A stretch of 64,000 bases of DNA. Source: an uncultured Alphaproteobacteria bacterium. Lineage in GTDB: Bacteria > Pseudomonadota > Alphaproteobacteria > Rhizobiales > Xanthobacteraceae. The notes under the pieces were generated by a model. That model made no database searches, was not told the origin of the DNA, and saw only the letters and a program-made list of their open reading frames with translations. The stretch spans positions 57,020 through 121,019 of the forward strand of contig CAWFIQ010000025.1 of the NCBI GenBank assembly GCA_963815955.1. The letters run 5' to 3'. Shown here one piece after another: positions 19,475 through 30,220 of the stretch. The position numbers were made by a program, and so were the translations under genes. Within the stretch, counting starts at the first letter, position 1, and every line of letters starts with the position of its first letter.

Positions 19475-20854
19475 CTATTCGTTGGTTGCGGAAATCTGGC
19501 TTGCATGTCGATTCGCGGGGCGGCGCAAGCCCAGATGATTGCGAAGGGTGTTACCCGAGTAGTTGGTTCGGAACAATCCGCGGCGCTGCAGCTCCGGAAT
19601 GACGAGGTTGACGAAGTCGTCAAATCCGCCGGGAAGATAAGATGCCTGAATGATGAAGCCGTCCGCGGCCTCGGTCGTAAGCCACTCTTCCATTTGATCC
19701 GCGATGTGAGACGGCGTCCCAACGACGGAGTAGGAGCCGCGGGAGCCGGCATAGCGCTCGTAAAGCTCGCGGATGGTAAGCTTCTCCTGCTGTGCCACGC
19801 CGCCAACCGTCTTCAGGCGGCTCATGCTCGATCTGGTCTTCTCAGGGATCAAGTGATCGGGAATTGGTTCGTCGATCGATAGTCCGGACAGGTCCGCGCC
19901 GCCGAGGTCTACGCTCAGCAATTCCTTGCCGACTTCGGGATGGATAAGGGCTTGAAGCTGGTCGAACTTCGATTGGGCCTCCGCGGCGGTGCGGCCAACG
20001 GTGGGATTGAGGCCGGCAAGCATCTTCAATTGATCGGGAGCGCGGCCAAACTTTGCCATGCGTCCTTTGACGTCGGAATAGAATTCGCGCGCTTTCTCGA
20101 TGCGTTGCTGGGAAAAGAAGATCACGTCGGCAGTTTCCGCGCCGAGTTCCTTGCCATCTTCCGATGCGCCGGCCTGGGCAATGACCGGATATCCCTGGGG
20201 TGGACGCGCCAGATTGAGCGGTCCGCGGACCGAGAAGAATTTTCCCTTGTGATCGAGCCTGTGAAGCTTGGCCGGGTCGAAATAGCGGCGGGTTGTGCGG
20301 TCCCTCAGAAAGGCATCGTCTTCCCAGCTGTCCCACAGCCCAAGCACGACCTGCACAAACTCCCGGGCCCGTTCGTATCGTTCGGCGATGTCATAATGTT
20401 CATCGCGATTGAAATTGAAGCTGGCGGACGCGTTCGCCGAAGTAACCACATTCCAGCCGGCGCGACCGCCGCTGATGTGGTCGAGCGAGCCGAACAGCCG
20501 TGCAACGTTGAATGGTTCATAATAGCTGGTCGAAGCCGTGCACACGAGGCCGATCTGTTCTGTCACGGCTGCCGCCGCCGCCAGCAATGTAACGGGCTCG
20601 AAATGCGCCATGTATTGCGGCCACCTGGACAGCGCTTCCATGTTGCCATCGCGGGTCGCCACCGCGTCGGCCATGAAGACGAAGTCGAATTTGGCTCGCT
20701 CGGCGGCTTGCGCCAATTTGACGAAGTAGGGGAAGTTCTGCCCTGCGTCGATTTGCGATTGCGGATGCAGCCACGCAGCGATGTGCTGTCCCATCGAAGG
20801 GAAGTGGGCTCCCAATACAAGCTGCTGCTTCTCTCCGGGCACTCTTGAACTCAC
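19475..20854 (-). CDS. LLM-class flavin-dependent monooxygenase (NtaA/SnaA/DszA family)
   Basis: AERAKFDFVFMAD, LDHISGGRAGWNVVTS, PVIAQAGAS, VIPELQRRGLFR. Confidence 0.93.
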   Translation of the reverse strand: MSSRVPGEKQQLVLGAHFPSMGQHIAAWLHPQSQIDAGQNFPYFVKLAQAAERAKFDFVFMADAVATRDGNMEALSRWPQYMAHFEPVTLLAAAAAVTEQIGLVCTASTSYYEPFNVARLFGSLDHISGGRAGWNVVTSANASASFNFNRDEHYDIAERYERAREFVQVVLGLWDSWEDDAFLRDRTTRRYFDPAKLHRLDHKGKFFSVRGPLNLARPPQGYPVIAQAGASEDGKELGAETADVIFFSQQRIEKAREFYSDVKGRMAKFGRAPDQLKMLAGLNPTVGRTAAEAQSKFDQLQALIHPEVGKELLSVDLGGADLSGLSIDEPIPDHLIPEKTRSSMSRLKTVGGVAQQEKLTIRELYERYAGSRGSYSVVGTPSHIADQMEEWLTTEAADGFIIQASYLPGGFDDFVNLVIPELQRRGLFRTNYSGNTLRNHLGLRRPANRHASQISATNE

Positions 20855-20949
20855 GTGATGGCCAATGCGAATGCGTATCGCTGATTGTTGTCAGGTTAGG
20901 GTCCGGGCCATTCGCATGTCGAGGGAGAGTGTTCACGATGTGGACGGTG

Positions 20950-21747
20950 CTATCCGCTCGCAAGTTTGGAGGTATCGGCTTTCAGCAGGCGAAGCCGGCT
21001 CTTGATCGCAGCCAACTCGTCGCGCAGCGTGATCAAAACCTCCTGGCGATGTTCCGGTGTCATGCGCTGGGCGATATTGGTGACGCTGATGGCCCCGACG
21101 CAGCGGAGCGATCCGTCAAGCAGCGGAATCCCGATTCCGGAAAGGCGAGGCGGTCCGTAGCCCCGGCTATAGGCATAGCCGTTTTTGCGGGCCTTGCTAA
21201 GTTGGAGGAACAGGCGTTCGGGCCTCACATTGTGCTGTCGCAAGCGCGGCGCATTGTTGTCGATGAAACGCTGTACTTCCTTGTCGGGCATTGCGCCGAG
21301 TATCGCCAACCCTGTAGCACCCACGCCCAGGGGCCTTGGCATGCCGACGTTCAGCGGCATGGCGCGCGCGGGTGTCGTCCCGATTCTGCGATCGATCACC
21401 AGTGCGTCGTCTCCACGTCGGGTTGCCAGGAACACGGTATCCCCGGTAACGGCGGCAATCCGTGTGAGCGCAAGGTCGCAGATTTCGCGCAGATCGAAGC
21501 GGCTGGTTGCCAGCAGGCCAAGGCGATGCAATTGCTCGCCAAGCAAATAGCGCTTGCCGTTGTCGTCGCGGACAATGAGGCCTTCGCTGACAAGGCACGA
21601 AAGAATGCGATGGACGGTGGGACGCTCGATCCGGAGCCGATCGCAAATGTCCACCACGCGCAGGCCGCGGTGCGGCGAGGTGCCTATCGCCTTCATGATC
21701 AGTGAGGCGCGGACGATAGCCTGGGTTCCGGAATATGGTTTCGACAT
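20950..21747 (-). CDS. IclR family regulator
   Basis: wHTH PTVHRILSCLVSEG, TGATGLAIL-like region, RKNGYA, IGIPL...GAISV. Confidence 0.9.
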   Translation of the reverse strand: MSKPYSGTQAIVRASLIMKAIGTSPHRGLRVVDICDRLRIERPTVHRILSCLVSEGLIVRDDNGKRYLLGEQLHRLGLLATSRFDLREICDLALTRIAAVTGDTVFLATRRGDDALVIDRRIGTTPARAMPLNVGMPRPLGVGATGLAILGAMPDKEVQRFIDNNAPRLRQHNVRPERLFLQLSKARKNGYAYSRGYGPPRLSGIGIPLLDGSLRCVGAISVTNIAQRMTPEHRQEVLITLRDELAAIKSRLRLLKADTSKLASG

Positions 21748-21806
21748 TGGGGTTCATGTGGGTTGAATTTCCTGCGGCAATCTAGGTCATCGGGACGCGG
21801 CCAAAC

Positions 21807-21835
21807 AACCACATTGTGGACATATCGCGTGGACA
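21807..21835. promoter_or_regulatory. Putative IclR operator between the divergent iclR and bug genes
   Basis: Palindrome CCACATTGTGG (21809-21819) plus a second GTGGACA half-site 13 nt downstream. Confidence 0.5.
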
Positions 21836-21889
21836 GCCGGCGATCACGCCCATAGGCTTCCGCCGCATTACCAATCGGCGGACCAAACC

Positions 21890-22878
21890 ATGCTGAGCCG
21901 AAGAACACTCCTGACAGCCGCGTTGGCGTCCTCGGCGCTTTCGCTTGGATCACGGCGCGCGGCGGCAGAACGAATACCCCAACCGAGCTGATCCGGCTGA
22001 TCGTGGGCTATGCGACCGGGGGCAACGTCGATGTTCCGGCCAGGCTCTTTGCGCCGGAGCTGCAAAGAATTCTGGGGGCTCCCGTCATCATCGAAAACCG
22101 GCCCGGCGCCAGTGGCATTACCGCCGCTGAAGCCGTCGCCCGTATGCCGCCGGATGGCTACAACATCATCTGGGGTACATCGGCCAGCCACAGCGTTTCG
22201 GTGGTTGCGATGGCTGCGTTGCCGTTCGACCCCGTAAAGGATTTTGCACCGATCACGTTGATCAGTGCGGATCCCAATGTGATCGTGGCCAGCAAGGCGT
22301 TTCCGGCAGCGGACTCGATCGATGCCTTCCTTGCGTACGTGAAGGCCAATCCCGGAACGGCAATCGGGACGTCGGGTCCCGCCACCTCTGGAAGATTTGC
22401 CGTCGAGCTTATGAAGCCGAAAATGGGCGTGGAATTGACCATCGTGCCCTACAAGTCCACCGGGCCGCTGCTGACGGATTTGGCCGGAGGGCATATTCCA
22501 CTCGGGATAATGGGCGCATCGACCGCAGTACCCTTCATCCGCGAAAAAAGTATCCGGGCAATCGCCATGACGAGCCTTCGTCGCTCGATCGTGCTGCCTG
22601 ACGTTCCTACCTTCAACGAAACCGTTTCGAAGGGGTTCGATGCCGTCGCCTGGAGCGCGCTGTTCGCGCCTCCCGGCACGCCCGATGCCATCATCGGCAA
22701 GATCAACGCGGCCATGAAGGAAGCGGCGGAAGTGCCCGCCATCAAGAAGTGGTTCATGGAATCCGGGCTCGAAGTTCCCATGAGTTCACCGGCAGAACTC
22801 ACGGCCTTCATGAAGGCCGACATCGAAAAATGGGTGCAGGTCGCCAAGGACAACAACCTGAAAATCGATATGCAGTAG
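21890..22878 (+). pseudogene. Bug/TctC substrate-binding protein with an N-terminal frame disruption (about 21969-21987)
   Basis: Tat-like leader MLSRRTLL, then YPNR, then LIRLIVGYATGG lie in three different frames. Confidence 0.8.
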
Positions 22879-23139
22879 CCGGGCCGGTCGCGAGCCTCTG
22901 TCGTTTCGCATTCGCAAACTCATGCGCGAAACAGGGATGCCTTGGGATACCCTGACTGGCCGGCTGCGGCGATACTACCCAACGTCAATTGTTGCGGTGC
23001 GGCGCGGCTTTCGACGCTTCGGCATTTTGCGAGCGGTTCGATTTTGACCTTTGCAGCGACCGATTTGGCGTTTTTCGTTTTGAGAACGGCCAGATTTCAT
23101 ATTAGTTCGTTCCAACAAAAAAATTAAGGAGGATGCCAT

Positions 23140-24387
23140 ATGAGCCGGACTTCACTCACGCGCAGGTCCTTGATCGGAGCGGCCGCAGCAACAGCCTTCG
23201 TTCCCTATGTGAAGCGCGCGAATGCGGCCGGGCCCATCCGTGTCATCAGCCATCGTCAGCCAGCCCTGGAATACTATACCGACCAGATGAAGAAGGCCCT
23301 TCCGGAAGGGCAGGTCTCGGTCGAATTGATGCCGATCGACAAGGAAGTCGAGTTGGCTTCGATCACGATGTCGTCCGGCTCCGACGCGATCGATGTCGCC
23401 TATCTGAACGATACCACTTTGCAGAAATTCGCGGCCAGCGGCTGGCTGGAGCCGCTGGATGATCTCTGGGCGAAGTACAAGGGTGAATTCAAACTCGATG
23501 ACTTTCCCAAGTCGGTCATCGACTCGATCAGCTACAACGGTCGCATCTACTCGATGCCGATCCTGACCAACACGGAGATGTTTTTCTACCGTGAGGATCT
23601 CTTCAAGGAGAGCGGCACGGCGCTTCCGAAGACGATGCCGGAATATCTGGAAGCCGCGAAGAAGCTCCATCAGGGGCGCGTCTCCGGCACGATCATGACG
23701 TTGAAACCCGTCGACGGCTGCCTGAATGAATCGCACTGGTACCTCAATGCGGTAGGGGAGGGCTGGTTCGACAAGAGCTGGAAGCCGATCTTCAATCAGC
23801 CGGCCGGTGTGAACGCCATCACCCTGATGAAGCAGATGACGGCATTCGCGCCGCGCGGCTTCACTTCCGCTGCCAACGACGAATCGACCATCAACCTGCA
23901 ACAGGGACTTGCCGCCATGGGCCTGCAATGGTTCACGCGTGCAGCCTCCATGGATGACGAGAAGAAGTCGCGCTTCGTCGGGAAGATAAACTGGATCGCG
24001 CCTCCAGGCGGCGGCCAGCGCATCGCCAATGACGGATATGCCATCTCAAAGTACTCGTCGAAGGACAAGGATGCGATCTTCAGAATGATCGCAACGGCGG
24101 CCAGTCAGAAGAGCATGCAAAAGGGCGCGGAGTTGGCCATGCCGCCGCGTCTTTCCGTGCTTGAAGATCCCGAACTTGCCAAGAAGTATCGCTGGTATCC
24201 AGCCGCCCGCGCTTCCCTCGAGGCTGGAAAGCCGTTTCCCTCGATGCCTGATTTTCTCGACGTTGGCGCCATCGTGACACGATACATCCTGCAAGCCGTC
24301 ACCAACGAAAAGGAAGTCAAGGTCGCGTTGGATATGGCTGCAAAGGAAACCACCGAACTGCTGCAGTCCCGCGGCTATTACAAATAA
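23140..24387 (+). CDS. Sugar ABC transporter substrate-binding protein
   Basis: AAGGAGG RBS, Tat leader (LTRRSLIG), IYSMPILTNTEMFFYREDLF. Confidence 0.9.
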   Translation: MSRTSLTRRSLIGAAAATAFVPYVKRANAAGPIRVISHRQPALEYYTDQMKKALPEGQVSVELMPIDKEVELASITMSSGSDAIDVAYLNDTTLQKFAASGWLEPLDDLWAKYKGEFKLDDFPKSVIDSISYNGRIYSMPILTNTEMFFYREDLFKESGTALPKTMPEYLEAAKKLHQGRVSGTIMTLKPVDGCLNESHWYLNAVGEGWFDKSWKPIFNQPAGVNAITLMKQMTAFAPRGFTSAANDESTINLQQGLAAMGLQWFTRAASMDDEKKSRFVGKINWIAPPGGGQRIANDGYAISKYSSKDKDAIFRMIATAASQKSMQKGAELAMPPRLSVLEDPELAKKYRWYPAARASLEAGKPFPSMPDFLDVGAIVTRYILQAVTNEKEVKVALDMAAKETTELLQSRGYYK

Positions 24388-24459
24388 TTCGCCCGGTGCA
24401 GTTCGGCCGGCGCGAACGCCTGCCGCTCAAGCTGAGCCCGCCTCAAGAGATCTCTCGTC

Positions 24460-25329
24460 ATGCGTTGGCAGCGCGGCCTATGGCTGTTCCTGGTACCGAG
24501 CTTCGGGCTGATGGCGCTCGTCCTGCTGTGGCCCCTGTTATATGCCGCCTACCTGAGCACCTTCGATTACTATCTCGGCTCCCGGGAGGTGCGCTTTGTC
24601 GGGCTTGCGAACTACACGCAACTGCTGAGTGAAGCACGCCTCTGGCATTCGCTATGGACCACGATGGTTATCGCCCTGGGATCCGTCGGCGTCGAATTTG
24701 TATTGGGTTTTGTTCTCGCGTTCGCCCTTTACAAGCTCACGTTCAGCGTGCGCGTATTCATGATCCTGCTCTTCCTGCCGCACATCATTACACCTGTCGT
24801 GGCGACCCTCTTTTTGAAATGGATCCTGACATCGAACTGGGGCCTGATCGACGCCACGCTGTTTACGTTCAACATCAATCCGCCGGATTGGCTCGGCGAT
24901 CCCTTCTGGGCAAAGATTTGCGTCGTTCTTGCCGACGCCTGGATCTTTACGCCTTTCGTGATGCTGGTGCTCTATGCTGCCCTGCAGGCGCTGGACCAGG
25001 CACAACTCGAAGCGGCGAGCATCGACGGCGCCGGTAGCTGGCGCATCATTCGCCACATCATCCTTCCGTCCCTTGTACCGGTGATTGTTTTCACCGTATC
25101 GGTCCGGCTGATGGACGTTTTCCGGTTCTTCGACGCCATCTATGTCCTGACCGGCGGTGGTCCGGGCACCGCCACCGAGACGGTCACGATTTACACCTAT
25201 CAGCTCGGCTTTCAGCTCTTGCAGGTCGGAAAAGCGTCCGCCCTTGGAATTATCACGCTCGTCATCGTCGCCGCGATCATAGCGACGTTCAGCAGCATTT
25301 TGCAGCGCGGGTACGGGAGAGGCGGATGA
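24460..25329 (+). CDS. Carbohydrate ABC permease (MalF-type)
   Basis: EAA motif LEAASIDGAGSW; TGGGPGTATET. Confidence 0.93.
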   Translation: MRWQRGLWLFLVPSFGLMALVLLWPLLYAAYLSTFDYYLGSREVRFVGLANYTQLLSEARLWHSLWTTMVIALGSVGVEFVLGFVLAFALYKLTFSVRVFMILLFLPHIITPVVATLFLKWILTSNWGLIDATLFTFNINPPDWLGDPFWAKICVVLADAWIFTPFVMLVLYAALQALDQAQLEAASIDGAGSWRIIRHIILPSLVPVIVFTVSVRLMDVFRFFDAIYVLTGGGPGTATETVTIYTYQLGFQLLQVGKASALGIITLVIVAAIIATFSSILQRGYGRGG

Positions 25330-26162
25330 AGAGACGCCGAACGACGCGCGTGCGTAACCAGACGCTGCTGTTTGTCGCGCTGGCGATCTTTACCTTCATC
25401 AACCTCGTTCCGCTGATCTGGGCCGGCTTGACGTCGGTCAAGAATCCCGCGGACGCTTTTACGGTCCCGCCAACCATCTTTTTCCAGCCGACCCTCGAGT
25501 ACCATCGTCAAGTCTGGTTCGATCGCGGCTTTCTTCACTACCTGATCAACAGCCTGATCGTCTCGGCGGGCACGGTGCTCATCTCGGTCCCGATCGGCAG
25601 CCTTGCCGCCTACGGGCTGTCGCGCATGCCGCAGCGCCGCGCTTCCCCCATCCTGTTCGGGCTGTTCACGATCCGCATGTTTCCTCACATGCTGCTGGCC
25701 ATTCCATTCTTCGTGATGGGCAGCTTCCTCAATATGATTGATACCTATCCGCTGCTCATCCTGGCGCTGGTGGCGATCAACCAGCCATTCACGATCTGGC
25801 TGATGTACAGCTTCTTCCTGGAGATTCCTCGCGACCTCGACGAGGCCGCCGCCATCGACGGCTGCAATCTCTGGCAGACATTCCGGATCGTGATCCTGCC
25901 CCTGGTTCGCCCGGGCCTCACGGTCGCGGCGCTGTTCAGCCTGCTTCTTTCATACAATGAGTTTCTCTTTGCCCTCGTGCTGACGGGCATTCGGACGAAA
26001 ACGCTGCCGGTCGCGATTGCCTCCTTCGGAGGCGAGGACGTGAGCGATTGGTCGATTTCGGCGGCGGGCGCCATCGGCATCATGCTGCCAATCGTCGTGA
26101 TCATGCTTTTCGTTCAGCGCCATCTCGTGCGTGGGCTCACCATCGGTGCCGTCAAGGGCTAA
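25326..26162 (+). CDS. Carbohydrate ABC permease (MalG-type)
   Basis: DLDEAAAIDG, YNEFLFA, KTLPV, HLVRGLTIGAVKG. Confidence 0.93.
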   Translation: MKRRRTTRVRNQTLLFVALAIFTFINLVPLIWAGLTSVKNPADAFTVPPTIFFQPTLEYHRQVWFDRGFLHYLINSLIVSAGTVLISVPIGSLAAYGLSRMPQRRASPILFGLFTIRMFPHMLLAIPFFVMGSFLNMIDTYPLLILALVAINQPFTIWLMYSFFLEIPRDLDEAAAIDGCNLWQTFRIVILPLVRPGLTVAALFSLLLSYNEFLFALVLTGIRTKTLPVAIASFGGEDVSDWSISAAGAIGIMLPIVVIMLFVQRHLVRGLTIGAVKG

Positions 26163-26194
26163 CCATCCGAATTTCAATCCCGACAGGATAACCC

Positions 26195-27724
26195 ATGGCC
26201 GAAGCTGTCATCGTTCTCGATCCCGCATTCGTGGTGGGAAAGACGGACCCCCGTCTGTTCGGCAGTTTCGTTGAGCATCTCGGACGATGTGTCTACGGAG
26301 GGATATTCGAACCGGGGCACCCGACCGCTGATGCTGACGGTTTCCGGCAAGATGTGTTGGAACTGGTTCGCGAACTCGGCGTCACCGTGATCCGGTATCC
26401 CGGCGGAAATTTCGTGTCAGGCTACAACTGGGAAGACGGTGTCGGTCCACTCGATAAGCGGCCGCGACGTCGAGAGCTGGCCTGGTTCAGCACCGAGACG
26501 AATGCGTTCGGCACCAACGAATTCATGGCCTGGTGCGCGAAGGCCGAAATCGAACCCATGATGGCTGTGAACCTCGGCACAAGAGGCGCTGACGAAGCCC
26601 GGGCGCTGCTGGAGTACTGCAACGTCGAGAGCGGTACCGCGCTCAGCGACCTGCGACATCAGCACGGGCATGCGGCTCCTCATAATGTCAGGCTTTGGTG
26701 CCTGGGCAATGAAATGGATGCGCCGTGGCAGATCGGTGCCAAGACCGCGAAGGAATACGGCGCGCTGGCGCGTGAATCGGCCAAGCTGATGCGTTGGCTC
26801 GATCCCAACATAGAACTGGTTGCATGCGGCTCCTCCAGCCGCAGCATGGCAACATTTGCCGAATGGGAAAGGATCGTTCTGGAAGAGACATTCGACGTGG
26901 TGGAGTACATTTCCCTCCATGGCTATTTTTCCAAACACGGCGACCGGTCCCGCGACTTCATGGCTGAAGCCGATCTGGTCGGACGCTACATCGATGAGAT
27001 CGTCGCTGTCGCCGATGGGGTGGCCGCCCGCCGGCGGTCGCCGAAGCGGATCATGCTTTCGTTCGATGAATGGAATGTCTGGTATCGCACCCGTGACCGC
27101 GCCACGCGAACGAAGCCGGGTTGGCCGGAAGCGCCCGCCATCCTGGAGGAGATCTACACGATGGAGGACGCCCTGGTCTTCGGCGCCGCCCTCCTGATCC
27201 TGATCAACCGATGCCATCGGGTAAAGGCCGCGTGCGTGGCTCAACTCGTCAACGTCATCGGGCTTATCATGACTGAGACAGGAGGGCGGGCGTGGCGGCA
27301 GCCGATCTTCTATCCGTTCCAGCATGCGGCTCGTTGGGCCCGGGGTACGGTGCTGGACATGCGACTGTCATGCGGCACCTTCGCGGCAAGCGATGGCGAA
27401 CTGTTCCCCGATATCGTCAGCGCTGCCGTACTGGCCGAGGACGGCCGGAGTCTTGCCCTTTTCTGCGTCAACCGGAATTTCGACCAGGCGATCGATATCG
27501 GGATCAACCTGCGCGGTTTCGAATTCAGCGAATTCCTCGAGAGCCGCGTCATGAAGGCGGACGACCTGAACGCGACGAACACCGCTGATAATCCGGAACG
27601 CGTACGGGCAGAAGAGGGGCCGGCCGCGACGGTCCGCGACGGTGTTTGGCACGTGACGGTGCCGCCTGCATCCTGGAGTGTATTCCGCTTCGGGTGCGGG
27701 CCCACGGGAATACCTGCCGCCTGA
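26195..27724 (+). CDS. abfA: Alpha-L-arabinofuranosidase, GH51
   Basis: FGSFVEHLGRCVYGG, RYPGGNF, catalytic Glu motifs LGNEMD and FDEWNVW; no signal peptide. Confidence 0.93.
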   Translation: MAEAVIVLDPAFVVGKTDPRLFGSFVEHLGRCVYGGIFEPGHPTADADGFRQDVLELVRELGVTVIRYPGGNFVSGYNWEDGVGPLDKRPRRRELAWFSTETNAFGTNEFMAWCAKAEIEPMMAVNLGTRGADEARALLEYCNVESGTALSDLRHQHGHAAPHNVRLWCLGNEMDAPWQIGAKTAKEYGALARESAKLMRWLDPNIELVACGSSSRSMATFAEWERIVLEETFDVVEYISLHGYFSKHGDRSRDFMAEADLVGRYIDEIVAVADGVAARRRSPKRIMLSFDEWNVWYRTRDRATRTKPGWPEAPAILEEIYTMEDALVFGAALLILINRCHRVKAACVAQLVNVIGLIMTETGGRAWRQPIFYPFQHAARWARGTVLDMRLSCGTFAASDGELFPDIVSAAVLAEDGRSLALFCVNRNFDQAIDIGINLRGFEFSEFLESRVMKADDLNATNTADNPERVRAEEGPAATVRDGVWHVTVPPASWSVFRFGCGPTGIPAA

Positions 27725-27733
27725 CTTGCGGCC

Positions 27734-29797
27734 CTATCGCCACATTCCTCGCATGCGGGCGCCGACATCCAGCTTTGGTCCCTGGCTGGCGGCACGTGCC
27801 GCAGCATCGGCAGATACGATTGGCCAGGACGTTCGCTCGAACAGTCCGAGCAGTTTTTCGGGAATGAAGCGCGTCCTCGACGCATAGAGATGACGATCGC
27901 CCTGCGCGTGCTGGCCGCGGACGAAGAAGCGCTGCGGCACGACGAGATGCAGGTCGTCCTTTGCGCGCGTCATCGCGACATAGAGCAGGCGGCGTTCTTC
28001 CTCGATCTCGGCCGAGGTGCCGGCACCGAGGTCGGACGGCATGCAGCCATCGACGACGTTGAGGAGATAGACCGATTTCCACTCCTGCCCTTTGGCGGAG
28101 TGGATCGTCGACAGGATCAGGTAATCCTCGTCGAGCAGCGGAACGCCGGCCTGGTCGCTGGTCGCGTCGGGCGGATCCAGCGTCAGCTCGGTCAGGAACC
28201 GTTCGCGCGAAGGATAGCCGGAAGCGATCTGTTCCAGTTGCAGCAAGTCTGCGCGCCTCGTCTCGGCGTCCTCATGGATGCGATCGAGATGCGGTTCGTA
28301 CCAGAGGCGGGCGCGCTCCAGATCGACCGGCCATTCCGAATATCGGAGGTTGCCCAATGTCTCGACGAAGCCCGTCCAGTCATCGCCGGCGCGCGGTGGC
28401 GTCGGTATGCCGGCGAGCGCCGCAATCGGGTCGGCGGCCTCCGCCATGCGGTCGAGAACGCGCTGCGCGGTTGCCGATCCGATCCCGCGCAGCAGGTGCA
28501 GCAGACGGAAGCCCGCGACGCGGTCGCGCGGATTTTCGACGAACCGCAGCAACGCCAGCATGTCCTTGATATGAGCGGCGTCGAGAAATTTCAGCCCACC
28601 GAATTTTACGAACGGGATGTTTCGGCGGGTGAGTTCGATTTCAAGCGGACCGCTGTGGCTTGAAGTGCGGAACAGAACGGCCTGCTCTTTCAGGAGCGTG
28701 CCGGATTCGCGATGCGCCAAAATGCGCTCCACAATGAAACGTGCCTGATCGGCCTCGTCGCGGACGGTGACGAGTTGCGGCTTCGCCGTCGAGGTGCGCT
28801 CGGTCCAGAGGTTCTTGGTGAAGCGCTCCCTGGCAAGCCCGATAACGCCATTCGCCGCGGCCAGAACTGTTTGCGTCGAGCGATAGTTGCGGTCGAGCGT
28901 AATGATATGCGCTGATGGTGAGAACTGATCGGGAAAGTCGAGGATGTTCCGCACGGTCGCGGCACGGAACGAATAGATCGATTGAGCGTCGTCGCCGACG
29001 ACCGTCAGGCCCCGGCCTCCGGGCTTGAGCGCCAGCAGGATCGACGACTGCAGGCGATTTGTGTCCTGATACTCGTCGACGAGGACGTGATCGAAGCGGC
29101 CACCGATGTCGTCCGCGAGGCCGGGATCCGCGACCATCTGCGCCCAATAGAGCAGGAGGTCGTCGTAATCGAGCACGTTTTGCTTCTGCTTGGCTTCGAC
29201 ATAGGCCGCGAACAGTTCCTTGAGTTCCGCCGCCCAGCCGGAGCACCACGGATACGACGTGCCGATGACCTGCTCGATCTGCATCTCGGCGTTGACGCAG
29301 CGTGAATAGATGGAAAGGCAGGTGCCTTTGGTCGGGAAGCGGCTTTCCGTCTTCGAGAAGCCTGCCTCATGCCGGACCAGGTTCATAAGATCGGCTGAGT
29401 CTTCGCGGTCGTGTATCGTGAAGGCGGGGTCCAGGCCGATCTGTTCGGCATACTCGCGCAGCAGCCGCGCGCCGATGCCGTGGTAGGTACCGGCCCACGT
29501 CAGCGCGTCCGTCATCACGCCAGCGTTGTCTCCCATCACCTTGCGCGCGATCCGCTCGACCCGCTTGGTCATCTCGAAGGCTGCGCGCCGCGAAAACGTC
29601 ATCAGCAGGATGCGGCGCGGGTCGGCGCCCTGAACGATCAGGTGGGCAACCCGATGGGCGAGGGTATTGGTCTTTCCAGATCCCGCGCCTGCGATCACCA
29701 GCAGTGGCGACGCCGCAAATCCGCCCGCAGCCCCGTGCTCGACCGCTCGCCGCTGTTCGGGATTGAGGGTCTGGAGGTAGTCGGATGCCGTCTGCAC
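27734..29797 (-). CDS. UvrD/Rep-family ATP-dependent DNA helicase
   Basis: AGAGSGKT, VLVDEYQDTN, NYRST, STIHSAKGQEW, EERRLLYVAMTRA; GTG start at 29797 assumed. Confidence 0.93.
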   Translation of the reverse strand: MQTASDYLQTLNPEQRRAVEHGAAGGFAASPLLVIAGAGSGKTNTLAHRVAHLIVQGADPRRILLMTFSRRAAFEMTKRVERIARKVMGDNAGVMTDALTWAGTYHGIGARLLREYAEQIGLDPAFTIHDREDSADLMNLVRHEAGFSKTESRFPTKGTCLSIYSRCVNAEMQIEQVIGTSYPWCSGWAAELKELFAAYVEAKQKQNVLDYDDLLLYWAQMVADPGLADDIGGRFDHVLVDEYQDTNRLQSSILLALKPGGRGLTVVGDDAQSIYSFRAATVRNILDFPDQFSPSAHIITLDRNYRSTQTVLAAANGVIGLARERFTKNLWTERTSTAKPQLVTVRDEADQARFIVERILAHRESGTLLKEQAVLFRTSSHSGPLEIELTRRNIPFVKFGGLKFLDAAHIKDMLALLRFVENPRDRVAGFRLLHLLRGIGSATAQRVLDRMAEAADPIAALAGIPTPPRAGDDWTGFVETLGNLRYSEWPVDLERARLWYEPHLDRIHEDAETRRADLLQLEQIASGYPSRERFLTELTLDPPDATSDQAGVPLLDEDYLILSTIHSAKGQEWKSVYLLNVVDGCMPSDLGAGTSAEIEEERRLLYVAMTRAKDDLHLVVPQRFFVRGQHAQGDRHLYASRTRFIPEKLLGLFERTSWPIVSADAAARAASQGPKLDVGARMRGMWR

Positions 29798-30010
29798 CTT
29801 GGGTGTCCATTCGTTGTCGGAGCAAACGACGGTCGATGATTCCTGCCGGGATCGCAACCTGGACCTCCGCTTGGGGTTGGGTGCGGTTGCCGGGCGAGCT
29901 GACGTTGCCGCCGAGCGCAGCGAAAAGGATCCGCCGGCGTATACCGGCGGGCCTTTTCTTCGCCTGATTCCTGACACCAGTATGGGGGGCTCTTAGAATC
30001 GATGGGGAGA

Positions 30011-30220
30011 ATGGACGTGGCGACAGGTACAGTGAAGTGGTTCAACCCGACGAAGGGTTATGGTTTTATTCAGCCTGACAATGGCGGCAAGGACGTATTC
30101 GTCCATATCTCGGCCGTCGAGAGAGCAGGTCTCAGTAATCTGAATGAAGGCGCGAAGGTGAGCTATGAAGTCGTGGCCAACCGCGGAAAAGAATCTGCCG
30201 AAAACCTCAGGGTAGGTTGA
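30011..30220 (+). CDS. cspA: Cold-shock protein
   Basis: GTVKWFN...GYGFI (RNP1), DVFVHISA (RNP2). Confidence 0.95.
   Translation: MDVATGTVKWFNPTKGYGFIQPDNGGKDVFVHISAVERAGLSNLNEGAKVSYEVVANRGKESAENLRVG

Noticed and set aside
27734-29797. UvrD as part of a defence system (Gabija/Zorya-like)
   Set aside because: No TOPRIM nuclease or other partner; typical stand-alone chromosomal helicase
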